Source of the DNA: Abditibacteriaceae bacterium
Lineage (GTDB): Bacteria; Armatimonadota; Abditibacteriia; Abditibacteriales; Abditibacteriaceae
DNA length: 64,000 nucleotides
Direction of reading: 5' to 3'
Assembly: GCA_965277285.1 (NCBI GenBank)
Contig: OZ255721.1
Span: 3,424,001 to 3,488,000 of the forward strand
Shown: piece after piece, positions 10,901 through 20,914 of the stretch
Layout of the letters: each line of letters begins with the position of its first letter
Numbering within the stretch: position 1 is the stretch's first letter
Made by a program: the position numbers and the translations under genes
Notes under the pieces: generated by a model
What the model was told of the DNA's origin: nothing
Databases searched by the model: none
The model's input: only the letters and a program-made list of their open reading frames with translations

Positions 10901-11764
10901 CCGGACGACGAATCGAGTACTCGAAAAGACGCGCCTTTAGCAAGGCTCAGTGCCATGATGCCAAACAGTGCGGCGCGCGATAAAAACGAGAAAGATAAAA
11001 AAGAAAAAAGCGCCGCCACGCGACAGCGTTTTCTGGGCGTCATTCACAACGAAAGCGAACGCTTGACGCGCTTGATCAACAATTTGCTGGATGTGGCGCG
11101 CCTGGAAGCCGGACGCGATCTGGCGCTGCAACCCGAAAGTTTGGATTTCGCAGCTGTGGCCAACGAAGCGATTGAATCGCAGCGCGTTTACTCGAGCCGT
11201 CACACTTTGGTCAACGCTGTGCCCGACGGTTTGCCGCCGCTGTGGGCCGACCGCGACAAAGTGCTGCAAGTTCTCATTAACTTGTTGTCGAACGCTATGA
11301 AATATTCGCCGGGCGGCAATGTCACAGTGGCGGCGCAAGTCGAAGGAACGATGTTGGTAGCCAGCGTAAGCGACGAAGGGCCAGGCATCGCGCCCGTACA
11401 CCGCGAGCGTTTGTTCGAGCGCTTCGGGCGCATTGGAGCACGCGATTTACCGGCCAAAAATCCGGGTTCTGGCGAACGCGCCAAGCCAACGGGAACCGGA
11501 CTTGGACTTTTCCTGACGCGCCACCTGGTCGAATCGCATGGAGGCCGCATCTGGCTCGACCGCGAAACCGAACAGGGCGCCCGTTTTTGTTTTTCTCTGC
11601 CTTTGCAACGCACCAAAACAACACTTATCGAAATGCCAATTGTTGAAGAAACGAGTGTTGAAGAAACGAGTGTTGAAATGACTTCGAGCGACCAATCGAG
11701 TACTCGAAACGAGAAGATTTCCACTATCGAGACTTCAGCGTCCGCAATTTCAGAGTTGGCGTGA
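7997..11764 (+). CDS. CHASE2-GAF-PAS sensor histidine kinase
   Basis: CHASE2 (VAILAID, DSDAHVRRVPL, IHAIVLDNLL), three TMs, GAF, PAS (LESMTDGVVV), H-box AHEMRSPLTSI, N-box NLLSNAMKYS, DEGPGI and GTGLGL. Confidence 0.92.
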   Translation: MKGLRWLLGSLVLRIGARGERRSRASRGMAQGLVVALITLCFLSGTGLVRGWGNHTLDLWFSLRDMVPHDEGVSPRVAILAIDAPTRQAWHGRTFDARDVGRALLLLKQNGVVAVAVALPDAGRDFLSPGDKAVWRHDVAASGIAHLPSQSESMQNSASDSVANTSNESSQSQWYRDAAWRGHTAFLTDSDAHVRRVPLMLESGSVLNPALALSTALQGLQMQPEQIVLQNERGQVVPWNRARRMVLGDRSIALEPGGAMLLNFWASDDAFGDTTDTANGASFNSAIVSPTLDSRTGKLLLTPPAPQENFAVPVSSTETAMAPSFTTLSMVNVLRRPSLLRSWRGRCVVIGVTDAQAAPQWTLAGGARVPEAAIHAIVLDNLLSGGALDSVSVMQLWLLTVFLCMTVGGLVAARPPLWSGLVTSLALLAVALLSLGLFMQSEWLDVSLPCLAAALTFLQGVVSRARLQERETTRVSSTVEALERAGEIIAARGQSRELLERVLQWTLAAMGAEAALALVMENDVNLEKELSQLLGDDENEASEPRFRVLASVQRKPRSLDVLPLVARDEIAARVTLQEQPMLIQDAHRDPRFRYGRSYYTHFRSLSAPGALNITSVIAAPLREGDPTADDPQSGVRTVGAILVVNRRDGTPFHARDLELLTAVTNQASVALDNARLYEILNQRVARSESDLERTNRRLEAEKNTLQTVLESMTDGVVVTNNEGLVQILNPAARHLLPELDDNVVGQPLARCLPDVALALAARMMRPDVVAPNVSAPNVSAPNVSAPNVSAPNVSTTSSTTEETTISPISVTSNGTQPNQTNEDHQALKNAEATFIVEMAETESSDATSSKETFDETNASDHAEPLKRFSEVPLLELPLSDAPLLLPLVSTTQLQRGDVDAPRIIEVRSAPLLSADSKDSGIVWVFSDVTEEKSIEQAKSDFVSFVAHEMRSPLTSISGFSLMLQRMEKPDDESSTRKDAPLARLSAMMPNSAARDKNEKDKKEKSAATRQRFLGVIHNESERLTRLINNLLDVARLEAGRDLALQPESLDFAAVANEAIESQRVYSSRHTLVNAVPDGLPPLWADRDKVLQVLINLLSNAMKYSPGGNVTVAAQVEGTMLVASVSDEGPGIAPVHRERLFERFGRIGARDLPAKNPGSGERAKPTGTGLGLFLTRHLVESHGGRIWLDRETEQGARFCFSLPLQRTKTTLIEMPIVEETSVEETSVEMTSSDQSSTRNEKISTIETSASAISELA
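10307..10378 (+). repeat. In-frame 15-bp tandem repeat (APNVS x5)
   Basis: cccaacgtttctgcg repeated four times plus a partial fifth copy, inside the kinase PAS region. Confidence 0.95.
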
Positions 11765-11827
11765 GCAAAGCGTCGTGAGCAAAGCGTCGTGAGCAAAGCG
11801 TCGTGAGCAAAGCGTCGTGAGCAAAGC
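11761..11827 (+). repeat. 14-bp tandem repeat GTGAGCAAAGCGTC x4.8
   Basis: Read directly; the first unit contains the kinase TGA stop codon. Confidence 0.95.
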
Positions 11828-11909
11828 TGGGGAACATCGTTACTTGCTCGTGATAAGCTAAAGAGCATCTTTCGGTGGCAATTTTTACCAAACAACGGAG
11901 CGAACAGCG

Positions 11910-12434
11910 ATGGAACGAGCGACACTATGGAAAGCGGGAGCTGTTGTTTTAGCTATAGCAATTTGGGGTTGGGCGGGCGCGCATCAGAAAAGCGACATTC
12001 CCGTTACGCCCAGCGAAGACGATCCGCCCGCCGCCAATACGACCAACACGGCGGACACCAAGTCGGCAGCAGCGGACAAAGTTCCGCTCAAGGGGAAAAT
12101 CATGGACGTGACAGCGTTGAAAATCGAAGATGAAAAGGTCGGAACGGGCGCTGAAGCCAAACCCGGACAAAGTGTGACCGTCAACTATCGCGGCTACCTG
12201 ACGGACGGCACAGTTTTCGACGAATCGTATAAACGTGGCCAACCGTTTACCTTTGCTCTGGGCAGCGGTCAAGTTATTCCAGGCTGGGATAAAGGTGTCG
12301 CGGGCATGAAAGTCGGCGGCAAACGCAAGCTGACCATTCCGCCGAATATGGGTTACGGAGCAAGCGGCCAGGGCGCCACGATTCCTCCCAACGCGACGTT
12401 AATATTTGATGTCGAACTGGTGAAAGTGGGCTGA
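11910..12434 (+). CDS. FKBP-type peptidyl-prolyl isomerase, exported
   Basis: VTVNYRGYLTDGTVFDES, VIPGWDKGVAGMKVGGKRKLTIPP and IPPNATLIFDVELV; N-terminal signal/TM segment. Confidence 0.95.
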   Translation: MERATLWKAGAVVLAIAIWGWAGAHQKSDIPVTPSEDDPPAANTTNTADTKSAAADKVPLKGKIMDVTALKIEDEKVGTGAEAKPGQSVTVNYRGYLTDGTVFDESYKRGQPFTFALGSGQVIPGWDKGVAGMKVGGKRKLTIPPNMGYGASGQGATIPPNATLIFDVELVKVG

Positions 12435-12435
12435 G

Positions 12436-12501
12436 CGAAAGCGAAGCGTTAGCAAGGGAGATTTATGACTAAACACCTCCCTTGCTAACGCTTCGGGTTC
12501 G
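12436..12501. repeat. REP-like inverted repeat, family A
   Basis: cgaagcgttagcaagggag ... ctcccttgctaacgcttcg, immediately after the FKBP stop codon. Confidence 0.85.
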
Positions 12502-12557
12502 TTGTTCAATCGAGTACTCGAATGCAGCGCAAGAGCGCGCGAAACGTCCTGATTCCC

Positions 12558-14189
12558 ATGAAAAACTACGATCTCATTGTTATTGGTTCCGGCCCGGCGG
12601 GCGAAAAAGGTGCGTGCCAGGCCGCGTATTTTGGAAAAAGTGTTGCCTTAATCGAAAAAGAACCGGCTCCCGGCGGCGCCTGCGTCAATACGGGAACGAT
12701 TCCCAGCAAAACCCTGCGCGAATCGGCCTTGCAACTGACGGGTTTGAAGCAGCGCGGGCTTTATGGCGTCGATGTTTCGATGCGCCCTAACATCAGCATC
12801 AGCGATTTCATGTACCGCGAGCGCGTCGTGGTCGAAAAAAGCTGGGAACTGATCGACGACAACATCGGGCGCCACGGCATCGATGTTTATCGCGGCTGCG
12901 CGTCGTTTATCGAACCGCACGTCGTCGAAGTCAATTTGGGAAGTTCACAGATTCAACTGCATGGCGAACACGTCCTGATTGCGACCGGTTCGGCGCCGTT
13001 TCATCCGCCCACCATTCCGTTCGACCACGATTCGATTTACGACAGCGATTCGATTCTCAACCTGGATCGCATTCCCAAAACGCTGGCTGTCGTCGGCGCG
13101 GGTGTCATCGGTTGCGAATACGCGTGTATCTTCGCCGCGCTGGGCGTTGAAGTGACTTTGATTGATGGCCGCACCGAACTATTGGGGCACATCGATCAGG
13201 AAATTTCCGACGCGCTTTTGCGACAGATGCGCAATCGCTTGAAGATTCATTTGCACTTGGGCGAAGACGTGGAAAAAGTCGATGTTCGGGAAAGCTGCGT
13301 CAACTTGAGTTTGAAAGGTGGGCGTCAGGTCAACGTCGAAAAAGTGTTGTACGCGGCGGGTCGCCAAAGCAATACGGCGACGCTGGGCTTGGATAAAGCG
13401 GGCGTCGAATCCGGTAAGCGCGGCATCATCAAGGTCAACGAAGATTATCAAACCAACGTGTCGCACATCTACGCGGCGGGCGACGTGATCGGTTTTCCGG
13501 CTTTGGCTTCGACTTCGATTGAGCAAGCGCGTGCGGCAGTTGTGCATGCCTTCGACTTGGAATATAAAGCGAAGCTCGCGCCGGTTGTGCCGTATTGCAT
13601 CTGGACGATTCCTGAAGTGGCGACGGTCGGCGTGACCGAAGAAGAATGTCTGGCCAAAGGCATCGACTACGAAGTCGGGCGCGCTTATTATCGCAACAAC
13701 GCGCGCGGCCAAATTATCGGCGACACCGGCGGACAAGTCAAAATCGTTTTTGCGCCCGATACACACAAACTTTTGGGTTTGCACATGGTCGGTGAATCTG
13801 CCGCGGATTTGGTGCATATCGGCGTCATGGTGATGCAACTGGACGGCACCATCGAAGCGTTTGTCGATACGGTTTTCAATTTCCCCACGCTGAGCGACAC
13901 ACTCAAATACGCGGCTTATGACGGATTAGATCGCTTATCACGTCGTCAGCGTAACGGGAAATCGAACGGCGCGTCCCTCGAAAATTGCGCTGAAGGCGAA
14001 GATTTACCGGTTCAAATGACGGCCAGCGGCAACGCCGTTCCTGCCACGAACGGTTCAACCAACAGCGACGCTACAAATGGCGGCTCAGCAGTCAATCCAG
14101 TACTCGATGCGAGCAATGCTCCTGCTAACGCTTCGGTTGCGGTCGGTTCTTCACAAAACGCGACGCCGGGCACGACAGGTTTGTCCTAA
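12558..14189 (+). CDS. sthA: Soluble pyridine nucleotide transhydrogenase with a low-complexity C-terminal tail
   Basis: GSGPAGE; GGACVNTGTIPSKTLRE (the CxxxxT motif typical of Sth); GAGVIGCEYA; FNFPTL..KYAAYD. Confidence 0.9.
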   Translation: MKNYDLIVIGSGPAGEKGACQAAYFGKSVALIEKEPAPGGACVNTGTIPSKTLRESALQLTGLKQRGLYGVDVSMRPNISISDFMYRERVVVEKSWELIDDNIGRHGIDVYRGCASFIEPHVVEVNLGSSQIQLHGEHVLIATGSAPFHPPTIPFDHDSIYDSDSILNLDRIPKTLAVVGAGVIGCEYACIFAALGVEVTLIDGRTELLGHIDQEISDALLRQMRNRLKIHLHLGEDVEKVDVRESCVNLSLKGGRQVNVEKVLYAAGRQSNTATLGLDKAGVESGKRGIIKVNEDYQTNVSHIYAAGDVIGFPALASTSIEQARAAVVHAFDLEYKAKLAPVVPYCIWTIPEVATVGVTEEECLAKGIDYEVGRAYYRNNARGQIIGDTGGQVKIVFAPDTHKLLGLHMVGESAADLVHIGVMVMQLDGTIEAFVDTVFNFPTLSDTLKYAAYDGLDRLSRRQRNGKSNGASLENCAEGEDLPVQMTASGNAVPATNGSTNSDATNGGSAVNPVLDASNAPANASVAVGSSQNATPGTTGLS

Positions 14190-14200
14190 GCGAATTTTAT

Positions 14201-14280
14201 ACAAAGCGGGGCTGACGCCTCTTCCAATCGGTTTGCTCTATGTGCTGATTGGAAGAAGGCGCCAGCCCCGCTTTGTTTTT
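14201..14280 (+). terminator. Long hairpin, probable terminator after sthA
   Basis: acaaagcggggctgacgcctcttccaatc pairs with gattggaagaaggcgccagccccgctttgt, followed by a T-run. Confidence 0.65.
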
Positions 14281-14376
14281 GTATGGAATAGGAAAATCCG
14301 CGTCGGCACAACCGTCCGCACTACAATTTCCCATCCTCGAATTGGCGACAGACAATTAGTTATCTGGAGGAAAATC

Positions 14377-14970
14377 ATGGCTGCTTTTACCTATGCGGAT
14401 GTGAAAGAGGATTTCAAAACATACAATTTGTTTCGACATGGCGCAATCACGTTGTTTCACGATCTCGCTGTGTTAGAAGAAACGATTGCTTACCTTCGAG
14501 AAAGGCAATACATCGTCCATGAGTTCGATTGCCCGACGTATCAGTCGGAAGGAGCCTTCCACCATGACATTTTGCTGCGTCTCGGAATCCTCAATGAACC
14601 GTTCAAACCACTTAGACAACTCAGATCAGGTGCATTCTGGGACTTGCTGTCCAGTGCGGACGTGCCGGACGAAAGCGGCCTCATTCTCGTCTTCAAACAC
14701 TTCGATGTTTTGGAGCAGCGTTTCCCCGACGGCGCGCTCCACGTTCTGGAAGACGTGGCTTATTACAATTACCGAAAACTCTGGTTCGGCAAGCGATTCA
14801 AAGCTTTTGTGCAAACAGAAAACGACGAATTACAAAATCATCTTCTGGGCGCGCGTCGCATAATGTTAAACAATGAAGAGACCAGAATAAGATTCAAAAA
14901 GAACCGAGAGCAACGCGAACGGGAACGAGCCGCTTCCAATACTTTGCCGCAAGACTCGGAAATCTTATAA
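14377..14970 (+). CDS. Hypothetical protein, barstar-like
   Basis: GGAGG RBS precedes ATG 14377; Y.V.EFDC..Y, AFWDLLS and GLILVFKHFD.L resemble barstar-fold proteins (motif recall). Confidence 0.55.
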   Translation: MAAFTYADVKEDFKTYNLFRHGAITLFHDLAVLEETIAYLRERQYIVHEFDCPTYQSEGAFHHDILLRLGILNEPFKPLRQLRSGAFWDLLSSADVPDESGLILVFKHFDVLEQRFPDGALHVLEDVAYYNYRKLWFGKRFKAFVQTENDELQNHLLGARRIMLNNEETRIRFKKNREQRERERAASNTLPQDSEIL

Positions 14971-15090
14971 ACGATGCGCAATCGAGTACTCGATTCTTGC
15001 CTGCGACCGTTCTTTGTCCGTCATTTTGCGGATGCGCGCCGTCTTCCTTTCAAAGAGACTTGGCGCAATTGAAGTTGAGGTCAACCGTTT

Positions 15091-15945
15091 ATGAGCGACT
15101 CTCACGTGGTTGCGGAGCCTGCCGCGCCCGCTTTTCCTGCTTCCTCGAACCTTGGAAAAGCCTCTTCTCAAATTCATGTCAGTGGCGCGCCGCCTTTATC
15201 CGAAGTGGCGCGTTTGGCGCTGACGGCGGGACGTTTGCTGCTGGAAACCGGAGCCAGCGGGCGCCTGGTGCATGAGGCGATGGCCGACATCGCGGACGGT
15301 TTTCACTGCGATGTGGTGGAAGTGATGTGTCAGCACTCGGCGATTCTGGTGATGCTGCGACGCGGCGCCGATTCGTCTTTGCAAATGACTAAAGTGGGCG
15401 AACACGGCGTCAATTTGCGCCGCTCGCAAGCCGTGCTGAGCATCGTGCAACGCGTCGAATTCCATCAACTCGATTGCCCCGCAGCACAGGCCGCGCTCGA
15501 TGGCGTTATCAGCACGACGCCGCTTTATCCTGTGTGGTTTATTTGCCTGGCGACTGGCCTGGCGTGCGGCGCTTTCGGTCGCTTGCTGGGCGCCGATTGG
15601 CCATCTTTTCTGCCGACATTGATCGGCACTGCGGCTGGACAATGGGTGCGTCATCGGATGTTGCACAAGCGCTACAACGTGTTCGTGACGGCGGGCGTTG
15701 TCAGTTTTGTGGCGGCGTTGCTGGCCGGTTTGGGCGCGCGCGTCAGCCACAGCACGCAAATTCCCGTCGCCATGATCGCTGCGGTTTTGCTGCTGGTTCC
15801 TGGCGTGGCGGTTCTTAATGCGCAAATCGACATTTTGGAATCGAAGCCGACACTGGCCGCGGCGCGCGCTCTTCGAGTACTCTACTTGCTGGTTTTCATG
15901 TCGCTCGGCCTGGCTTTGGCGCAAGTGGTGGTGATTCGGCATTGA
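15091..15945 (+). CDS. ThrE-family threonine/serine exporter, large subunit
   Basis: AGRLLLETGA, GVNL, GLACGAFGRLLG and LLLVPGV motifs. Confidence 0.88.
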   Translation: MSDSHVVAEPAAPAFPASSNLGKASSQIHVSGAPPLSEVARLALTAGRLLLETGASGRLVHEAMADIADGFHCDVVEVMCQHSAILVMLRRGADSSLQMTKVGEHGVNLRRSQAVLSIVQRVEFHQLDCPAAQAALDGVISTTPLYPVWFICLATGLACGAFGRLLGADWPSFLPTLIGTAAGQWVRHRMLHKRYNVFVTAGVVSFVAALLAGLGARVSHSTQIPVAMIAAVLLLVPGVAVLNAQIDILESKPTLAAARALRVLYLLVFMSLGLALAQVVVIRH

Positions 15946-16502
15946 TCAACGAACACGTTTTTCACGTTTTGCATCAAGCGTTGTTTGGCGGTCTCGCGGC
16001 GGTCGGTTTTGCCGTGTTGTTCAATTGCCGCCCGCGAATGCTGCCGATTTGCTTTGCGGCGGGCGTGTTGACTTTGGCGGTGCGCAGCATGGGACAAGAA
16101 CTGGGGTTGACCTTGCCCGTCGCCTCGTTTTTCGCGGCGTTATCTTTGGCGTTTTTAGACCATTTGACCAAGCGACTGCATTTTCAATCGCCGCAGGGCA
16201 CGATTCTGGTGCTGGGCGCCATCCCGATGATTCCGGGAAGCTTGGCCGCCAAAGTACTTATTAGCGTTTTCGCGTTATTGCGCAATGGCGCAGCCTATGA
16301 CATCGGCGAAATTACCACGACTTGGGAGAACTTGGTGACTCTGATTTTCACGCTCGCTGCCATCGGAACCGCTCTGGCGTTGCCAGCTTTGACGACGCCG
16401 CAAGCCGATCTCGTCGAACGCTTGCATCATCAACCACACGATCTGGAGCCCGATTTCGCTCTCGACCATGACGCTAACGACAGGATCGAAGCCGAAGCGT
16501 GA
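15942..16502 (+). CDS. ThrE-family exporter, small subunit
   Basis: AAVGFAVLFN and AIPMIPGS; TTG start overlaps the upstream stop codon. Confidence 0.85.
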   Translation: MINEHVFHVLHQALFGGLAAVGFAVLFNCRPRMLPICFAAGVLTLAVRSMGQELGLTLPVASFFAALSLAFLDHLTKRLHFQSPQGTILVLGAIPMIPGSLAAKVLISVFALLRNGAAYDIGEITTTWENLVTLIFTLAAIGTALALPALTTPQADLVERLHHQPHDLEPDFALDHDANDRIEAEA

Positions 16503-16596
16503 TGCTAAAAATGTGTTATGGAAAGCCGACGGTGTATAAGGGAATTAAGAGTTTGGCATTCCGAGAGGTTGTATAGAAAGTGAAAGCAGAGCCGCC

Positions 16597-16686
16597 AAAC
16601 TCGCACTTTGTCATTCTGAGCGAAGAGAAGAATCTAAACCCGAAGCCAGATTCTTCTCTTCGCTCAGAATGACAAAGTGCGAGTTT
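16597..16686. repeat. Perfect 39-bp inverted repeat, family B (GTCATTCTGAGCG type)
   Basis: Arms at 16597-16635 and 16648-16686; an outer 11-bp IR gagaggttgta/tacaacctctc starts at 16563 and 16709. Confidence 0.9.
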
Positions 16687-16809
16687 TAAGCGTTTTCGGG
16701 ATTTTGTTTACAACCTCTCAGAATTATGAACTATGAGTTTGATGGCGTTGCATCTGCTTTTCTAAACGCGCTTGTAATGACGAACTTTTAGTTTCATGCA
16801 AAAGGTTTT

Positions 16810-17496
16810 ATGAAAAAATCTTCTCCATCGAGTACTCGAACGGACGATTGCCGCATCTGTCGCGTGATGCTGGTCGATGATCACGCGATTTGGCGCGGCG
16901 GCGTCAAAAGTATGCTGGAAGATACCGAGTTTGAAGTCGTCGGCGAAGCCTCGTCCGGCCAGGAAGCGCTCGAAGTCGCGCGGCAAACACAGCCGCAAAT
17001 GGTCTTGCTCGATATTCGCATGGCCGACGGCGATGGCTTGGAGGCCTTGAAATCGCTCAAGCGCGAACTCCCGCAAACGATTGTTTTGATGCTGACGACG
17101 TATGACAACCCGACGTATATGGCGCGCGCGGTCGCCGGTGGCGCTGCCGGATATTTGCTGAAAGGCATCAGCCACGACGAATTGATGAGTTCCTTGCGGC
17201 GCGTGGCGAACGGCGAAAGTTTGCTCGATGCGCAAAGCCTGACGCGTTCTCTGCGCGGCTTAAACGCGGAAACCATTGATGCGAGCGACCTGATTCAGCC
17301 TCTCACTGAACGCGAAACCGAAGTCTTGCGCCTGGTGGCAACGGGACTTTCCAACCGCGAAATCGCGCCCATTTTATTCATCGGCGAAAGCACCGTCAAA
17401 ACGCACGTCGAACACGTCATCGGCAAATTAGGCGTTTCCGATCGCGTGCAAGCCGTAGTGTGGGCGGCGCGTCATGGTTTAGTTGCGAGTGGATAA
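16810..17496 (+). CDS. NarL/LuxR-family response regulator
   Basis: REC domain (LVDDH, LLDIRM, GYLLK) and LuxR HTH (LTERETEVL..GLSNREIA..TVKTHV). Confidence 0.95.
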   Translation: MKKSSPSSTRTDDCRICRVMLVDDHAIWRGGVKSMLEDTEFEVVGEASSGQEALEVARQTQPQMVLLDIRMADGDGLEALKSLKRELPQTIVLMLTTYDNPTYMARAVAGGAAGYLLKGISHDELMSSLRRVANGESLLDAQSLTRSLRGLNAETIDASDLIQPLTERETEVLRLVATGLSNREIAPILFIGESTVKTHVEHVIGKLGVSDRVQAVVWAARHGLVASG

Positions 17497-17507
17497 AGCG
17501 CTGCTCA

Positions 17508-17539
17508 TTGTAGGTGCTTGGCGTGCCAAGTCTCTACAA
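17508..17539. repeat. GTAG-type REP, family D
   Basis: gtaggtgcttggcgtgccaagtctctac; same core as 35002-35075. Confidence 0.65.
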
Positions 17540-17611
17540 ACGATTCGCGCCATGACAAAACGCCGCTTTCCGCGTTGATTGAAGCAATTTTCATAAAGGT
17601 TTTCCCGATTT

Positions 17612-18757
17612 ATGTTCAGCAAGAAATGGCGTCGTATCGTTCTGCTTTCGAGTACTGGATTGGTGTTTGGCGCGCTCCATGGCCGCGCTCAAACCGCAAT
17701 GACAACAACACGTATCACGGCGCCGAACTCGATTTTACGGCGCGTTGGTTCGATTGCGATGCGCGGCGTGGAAGGCCGTTTCGACCATTTCGCGGTTGAT
17801 ACGAAGACGGGACGCGCTTTTGTTTCTGAACTGGAAAACCAATCGCTCGATGTAATTGACATCGTTCATCGCAAACGATTGCACCAGATCACAGGCTTGC
17901 GCGAACCGCAGGGCATTTTGTATTTGCCATCGAAAAACCGCTTGTTCGTGGCCAGTCGCGGCGATGGAACGGTGCGCAGTTTCGATGCGCACAATTGGAG
18001 CGAAACCTCGTGGGTCGATATTGGACGCAACGCCGATAACATTCGCCTGGACAGTTCCACAAACACGCTTTACGTCGGCTCGAATGGCGAACCGGGTAGC
18101 GGACTTTTGACTTCGATAGATGTCGCGTCGCTGTTGCCGCTTGGCGAAGGTGGAAAGCTCGCGGCGCCGCGTTCTCCCGCCGATTTGTTGCCGCAAAGCG
18201 CGCGTCAGGCGGACATTCAAAGCGAGATCGCGTTTGAATCGCACCCCGAATCGTTTCAAATCGACGCCGCGCATCACCGCGTTTTCGTCAACGTGCCGGA
18301 CGGACATTACGTCGCGGTCGTGCAAACTTCGCCGCCCAACGCGAAAACGAAAGAGTTGAGAATTGTGGCGAAATGGCCGGTTCCTTTTCAGAAAAACTTT
18401 GCGATGAGCTTCGATGCGAGTGCTTCGCGCCTTTATGTGGTCTGTCGCAAACCGGCGCGGCTGTTGACGTATGACACGCGAACGGGCAAGCTGATTTCGC
18501 AAACGCCATGCGTCGGCGATAGCGACGACATTTATCTGGACAGCGCCAAACGTCGCCTGTACATCATTGGCGGCGAAGGCGCGATTGACATTTTTCAAGC
18601 TCCCAAAAACGCTCCGGCGCGACTTTTAGAACGCGTTCCGACGGCGCCCAAGGCGCGTACCGGCGTGTGGATTCCCTCTCTGCGATTGGTTGTCGTCGCT
18701 GTGCCGCACTGGAAAAATCAGGCGGCGCATCTGCTTTTGTTCCGCATCGCGCGTTGA
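17612..18757 (+). CDS. YncE-like secreted beta-propeller protein
   Basis: Signal peptide; GRFDHFAVD, EPQGILY, ADNIRLD, HPESFQID and DSDDIYLD blade motifs. Confidence 0.8.
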   Translation: MFSKKWRRIVLLSSTGLVFGALHGRAQTAMTTTRITAPNSILRRVGSIAMRGVEGRFDHFAVDTKTGRAFVSELENQSLDVIDIVHRKRLHQITGLREPQGILYLPSKNRLFVASRGDGTVRSFDAHNWSETSWVDIGRNADNIRLDSSTNTLYVGSNGEPGSGLLTSIDVASLLPLGEGGKLAAPRSPADLLPQSARQADIQSEIAFESHPESFQIDAAHHRVFVNVPDGHYVAVVQTSPPNAKTKELRIVAKWPVPFQKNFAMSFDASASRLYVVCRKPARLLTYDTRTGKLISQTPCVGDSDDIYLDSAKRRLYIIGGEGAIDIFQAPKNAPARLLERVPTAPKARTGVWIPSLRLVVVAVPHWKNQAAHLLLFRIAR

Positions 18758-18906
18758 AAATCGTCACAATCGGCCAAAGGACGGATGAAGTTTGCGTTGT
18801 GCTCGCGTCACAATGAAAAGTGAAAATCGAGTGCTTGAATTTACACGATTGAAACCCGCACGGGCTACAATGAAAGGCAATTCGAGTACTCGAAAGCGAG
18901 ATTTTT

Positions 18907-20778
18907 ATGATTCAGGCGCGGACAAATCTTCCAACAAATAACCAGAAGCTGATCGAATGGGTCGAGGCCCAGGCCGCGTTGTGCAAGCCCGACCACATCG
19001 TCTGGTGCGACGGCTCGGACGAAGAGTTCGGGCGCATTTGCCAGTTGATGTGCGAGCAGGGTACAGCGGTCAAGTTGAACGAAACCTTGCGTCCCAACTC
19101 ATTTTTGTGCCGCAGTGAGCCGGACGATGTAGCGCGCGTCGAACATCGTACTTTTATTTGCAGCGAGAAAGCCGAAGATGCCGGGCCGACCAACAATTGG
19201 CGCGAACCGACGGAAATGAAGCGCGTTTTAAGCGAGCTTTTCGCGGGTTGTATGCGCGGGCGCACGATGTATGTCGTGCCGTTTTCGATGGGGCCGCTGG
19301 GTTCGCCAATTTCGCACATCGGCGTCGAACTGACCGATTCGCCGTATGTCGTCGCGCACATGAAATTGATGACGCGCATGGGACAACGAGTACTCGGAAC
19401 TCTAAGCGATGGCGATTTCGTGCCGTGCCTGCACTCGGTCGGTCATCCGCTGGAGCCTGGCGAAACCGATGTTCCTTGGCCGGATAACGCGCCGAACAAA
19501 TACATCGCGCACTTTCCTGAAACGCGCGAAATTATTTCTTTTGGCAGCGGTTATGGCGGCAACGCGTTGCTGGGCAAAAAGTGTTTCGCCCTGCGCATCG
19601 CCAGCGTCATCGCGCGCGACGGAGGCTGGCTCGCCGAACACATGCTGATTCTGGGCATTACGAATCCGCAGGGCGAAAAGAAGTACATCGCGGCGGCGTT
19701 TCCGTCTCAGTGCGGCAAAACCAATTTGGCGATGTTGCTGCCGACTTTGCCCGGCTGGAAAATCGAAACCGTCGGCGACGACATCGCGTGGATGAAGTGG
19801 GGCGAAGACGGACGGCTTTACGCCATCAATCCCGAAGCCGGATTTTTTGGCGTCGCGCCCGGCACTTCGATGGAAAGCAATCCGAACGCGATGCTTTCCA
19901 TCACGCGCAACGCGATTTTTACCAATGTCGCCGAAACGCCGGACGGCGATGTGTGGTGGGAAGGCATGACGCCCGAAAAACCGTCGCATTTGATGTCGTG
20001 GCTGAACAGCGAATGGACGCCGCAATCGAGTACTCGAGCGGCGCATCCCAACTCGCGCTTTACGGCTCCTGCCGAGCAATGTCCATGCATTGATCCCAAT
20101 TGGGAAAGTCCTCAAGGCGTGCCGATTGACGCGATTTTGTTCGGTGGTCGTCGTCCCGGCACGATTCCTCTGGTGCGTCGTGCTTTAAGTTGGGAACACG
20201 GCGTTTTCATCGGTTCGACGGTCGCTTCGGAAACCACAGCGGCGGCCAGCGGCGAAGTCGGGCAGGTGCGGCGCGATCCGTTTGCGATGCTGCCGTTTTG
20301 CGGCTATCACATGGCCGATTATTTCACGCACTGGCTTCATCAAAGCGAAGACGCCAATCACAAATTGCCCGCACTTTATAGCGTCAACTGGTTTCGCAAA
20401 GACGCGGAGGGCAACTTCTTGTGGCCAGGCTACGGCGAAAACAGTCGAGTACTCAAATGGATTTTCGAGAACCTCAATGGCGCCGATAACGCGGTTCAAA
20501 CGCCAATTGGTTATTTGCCCAAAGCCGAAGCGCTGGATACGAACGGTTTAGAACTCGCACCGGATGCGTTGCAGCAACTTTTGGCGGTCGATGTGGAAGA
20601 ATGGAAACGCGAGGCGCACTCGATTCGCACTTTTTATCAAACATTCGGCACGCGCCTGCCGCAAGAACTTTCCAACCAGTTGGACGCGCTGCAAGAGCGC
20701 CTGACCATAGCGCAACTCCACGAAACCGAAAACCATGCGAACGGACAAGCGTACGCGAATGGTTCGGCAACCTCGTAA
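18907..20778 (+). CDS. pckG: Phosphoenolpyruvate carboxykinase (GTP)
   Basis: [50 protein letters not shown] and [11 protein letters not shown]. Confidence 0.97.
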   Translation: MIQARTNLPTNNQKLIEWVEAQAALCKPDHIVWCDGSDEEFGRICQLMCEQGTAVKLNETLRPNSFLCRSEPDDVARVEHRTFICSEKAEDAGPTNNWREPTEMKRVLSELFAGCMRGRTMYVVPFSMGPLGSPISHIGVELTDSPYVVAHMKLMTRMGQRVLGTLSDGDFVPCLHSVGHPLEPGETDVPWPDNAPNKYIAHFPETREIISFGSGYGGNALLGKKCFALRIASVIARDGGWLAEHMLILGITNPQGEKKYIAAAFPSQCGKTNLAMLLPTLPGWKIETVGDDIAWMKWGEDGRLYAINPEAGFFGVAPGTSMESNPNAMLSITRNAIFTNVAETPDGDVWWEGMTPEKPSHLMSWLNSEWTPQSSTRAAHPNSRFTAPAEQCPCIDPNWESPQGVPIDAILFGGRRPGTIPLVRRALSWEHGVFIGSTVASETTAAASGEVGQVRRDPFAMLPFCGYHMADYFTHWLHQSEDANHKLPALYSVNWFRKDAEGNFLWPGYGENSRVLKWIFENLNGADNAVQTPIGYLPKAEALDTNGLELAPDALQQLLAVDVEEWKREAHSIRTFYQTFGTRLPQELSNQLDALQERLTIAQLHETENHANGQAYANGSATS

Positions 20779-20803
20779 AACACTAAAGTCGTTTCAGACC
20801 CGA

Positions 20804-20874
20804 AAAATGTCATTCTGAGCGTAGCGAAGAATCTTGTTGAAGTTAGATTTTCGCTACGTTCAGAATGACATTTT
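20804..20874. repeat. Inverted repeat, family B
   Basis: aaaatgtcattctgagcgtagcgaagaatct ... agattttcgctacgttcagaatgacatttt. Confidence 0.85.
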
Positions 20875-20914
20875 GCTTTTGTAAGAATATGTTTTTGGAA
20901 AGGAGCTGCAAAAT

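Noticed and set aside
11761..11827. The 14-bp tandem repeat as a mini-CRISPR or iteron set
   Set aside because: The units are contiguous with no spacers, and there is no rep gene or AT-rich origin nearby.
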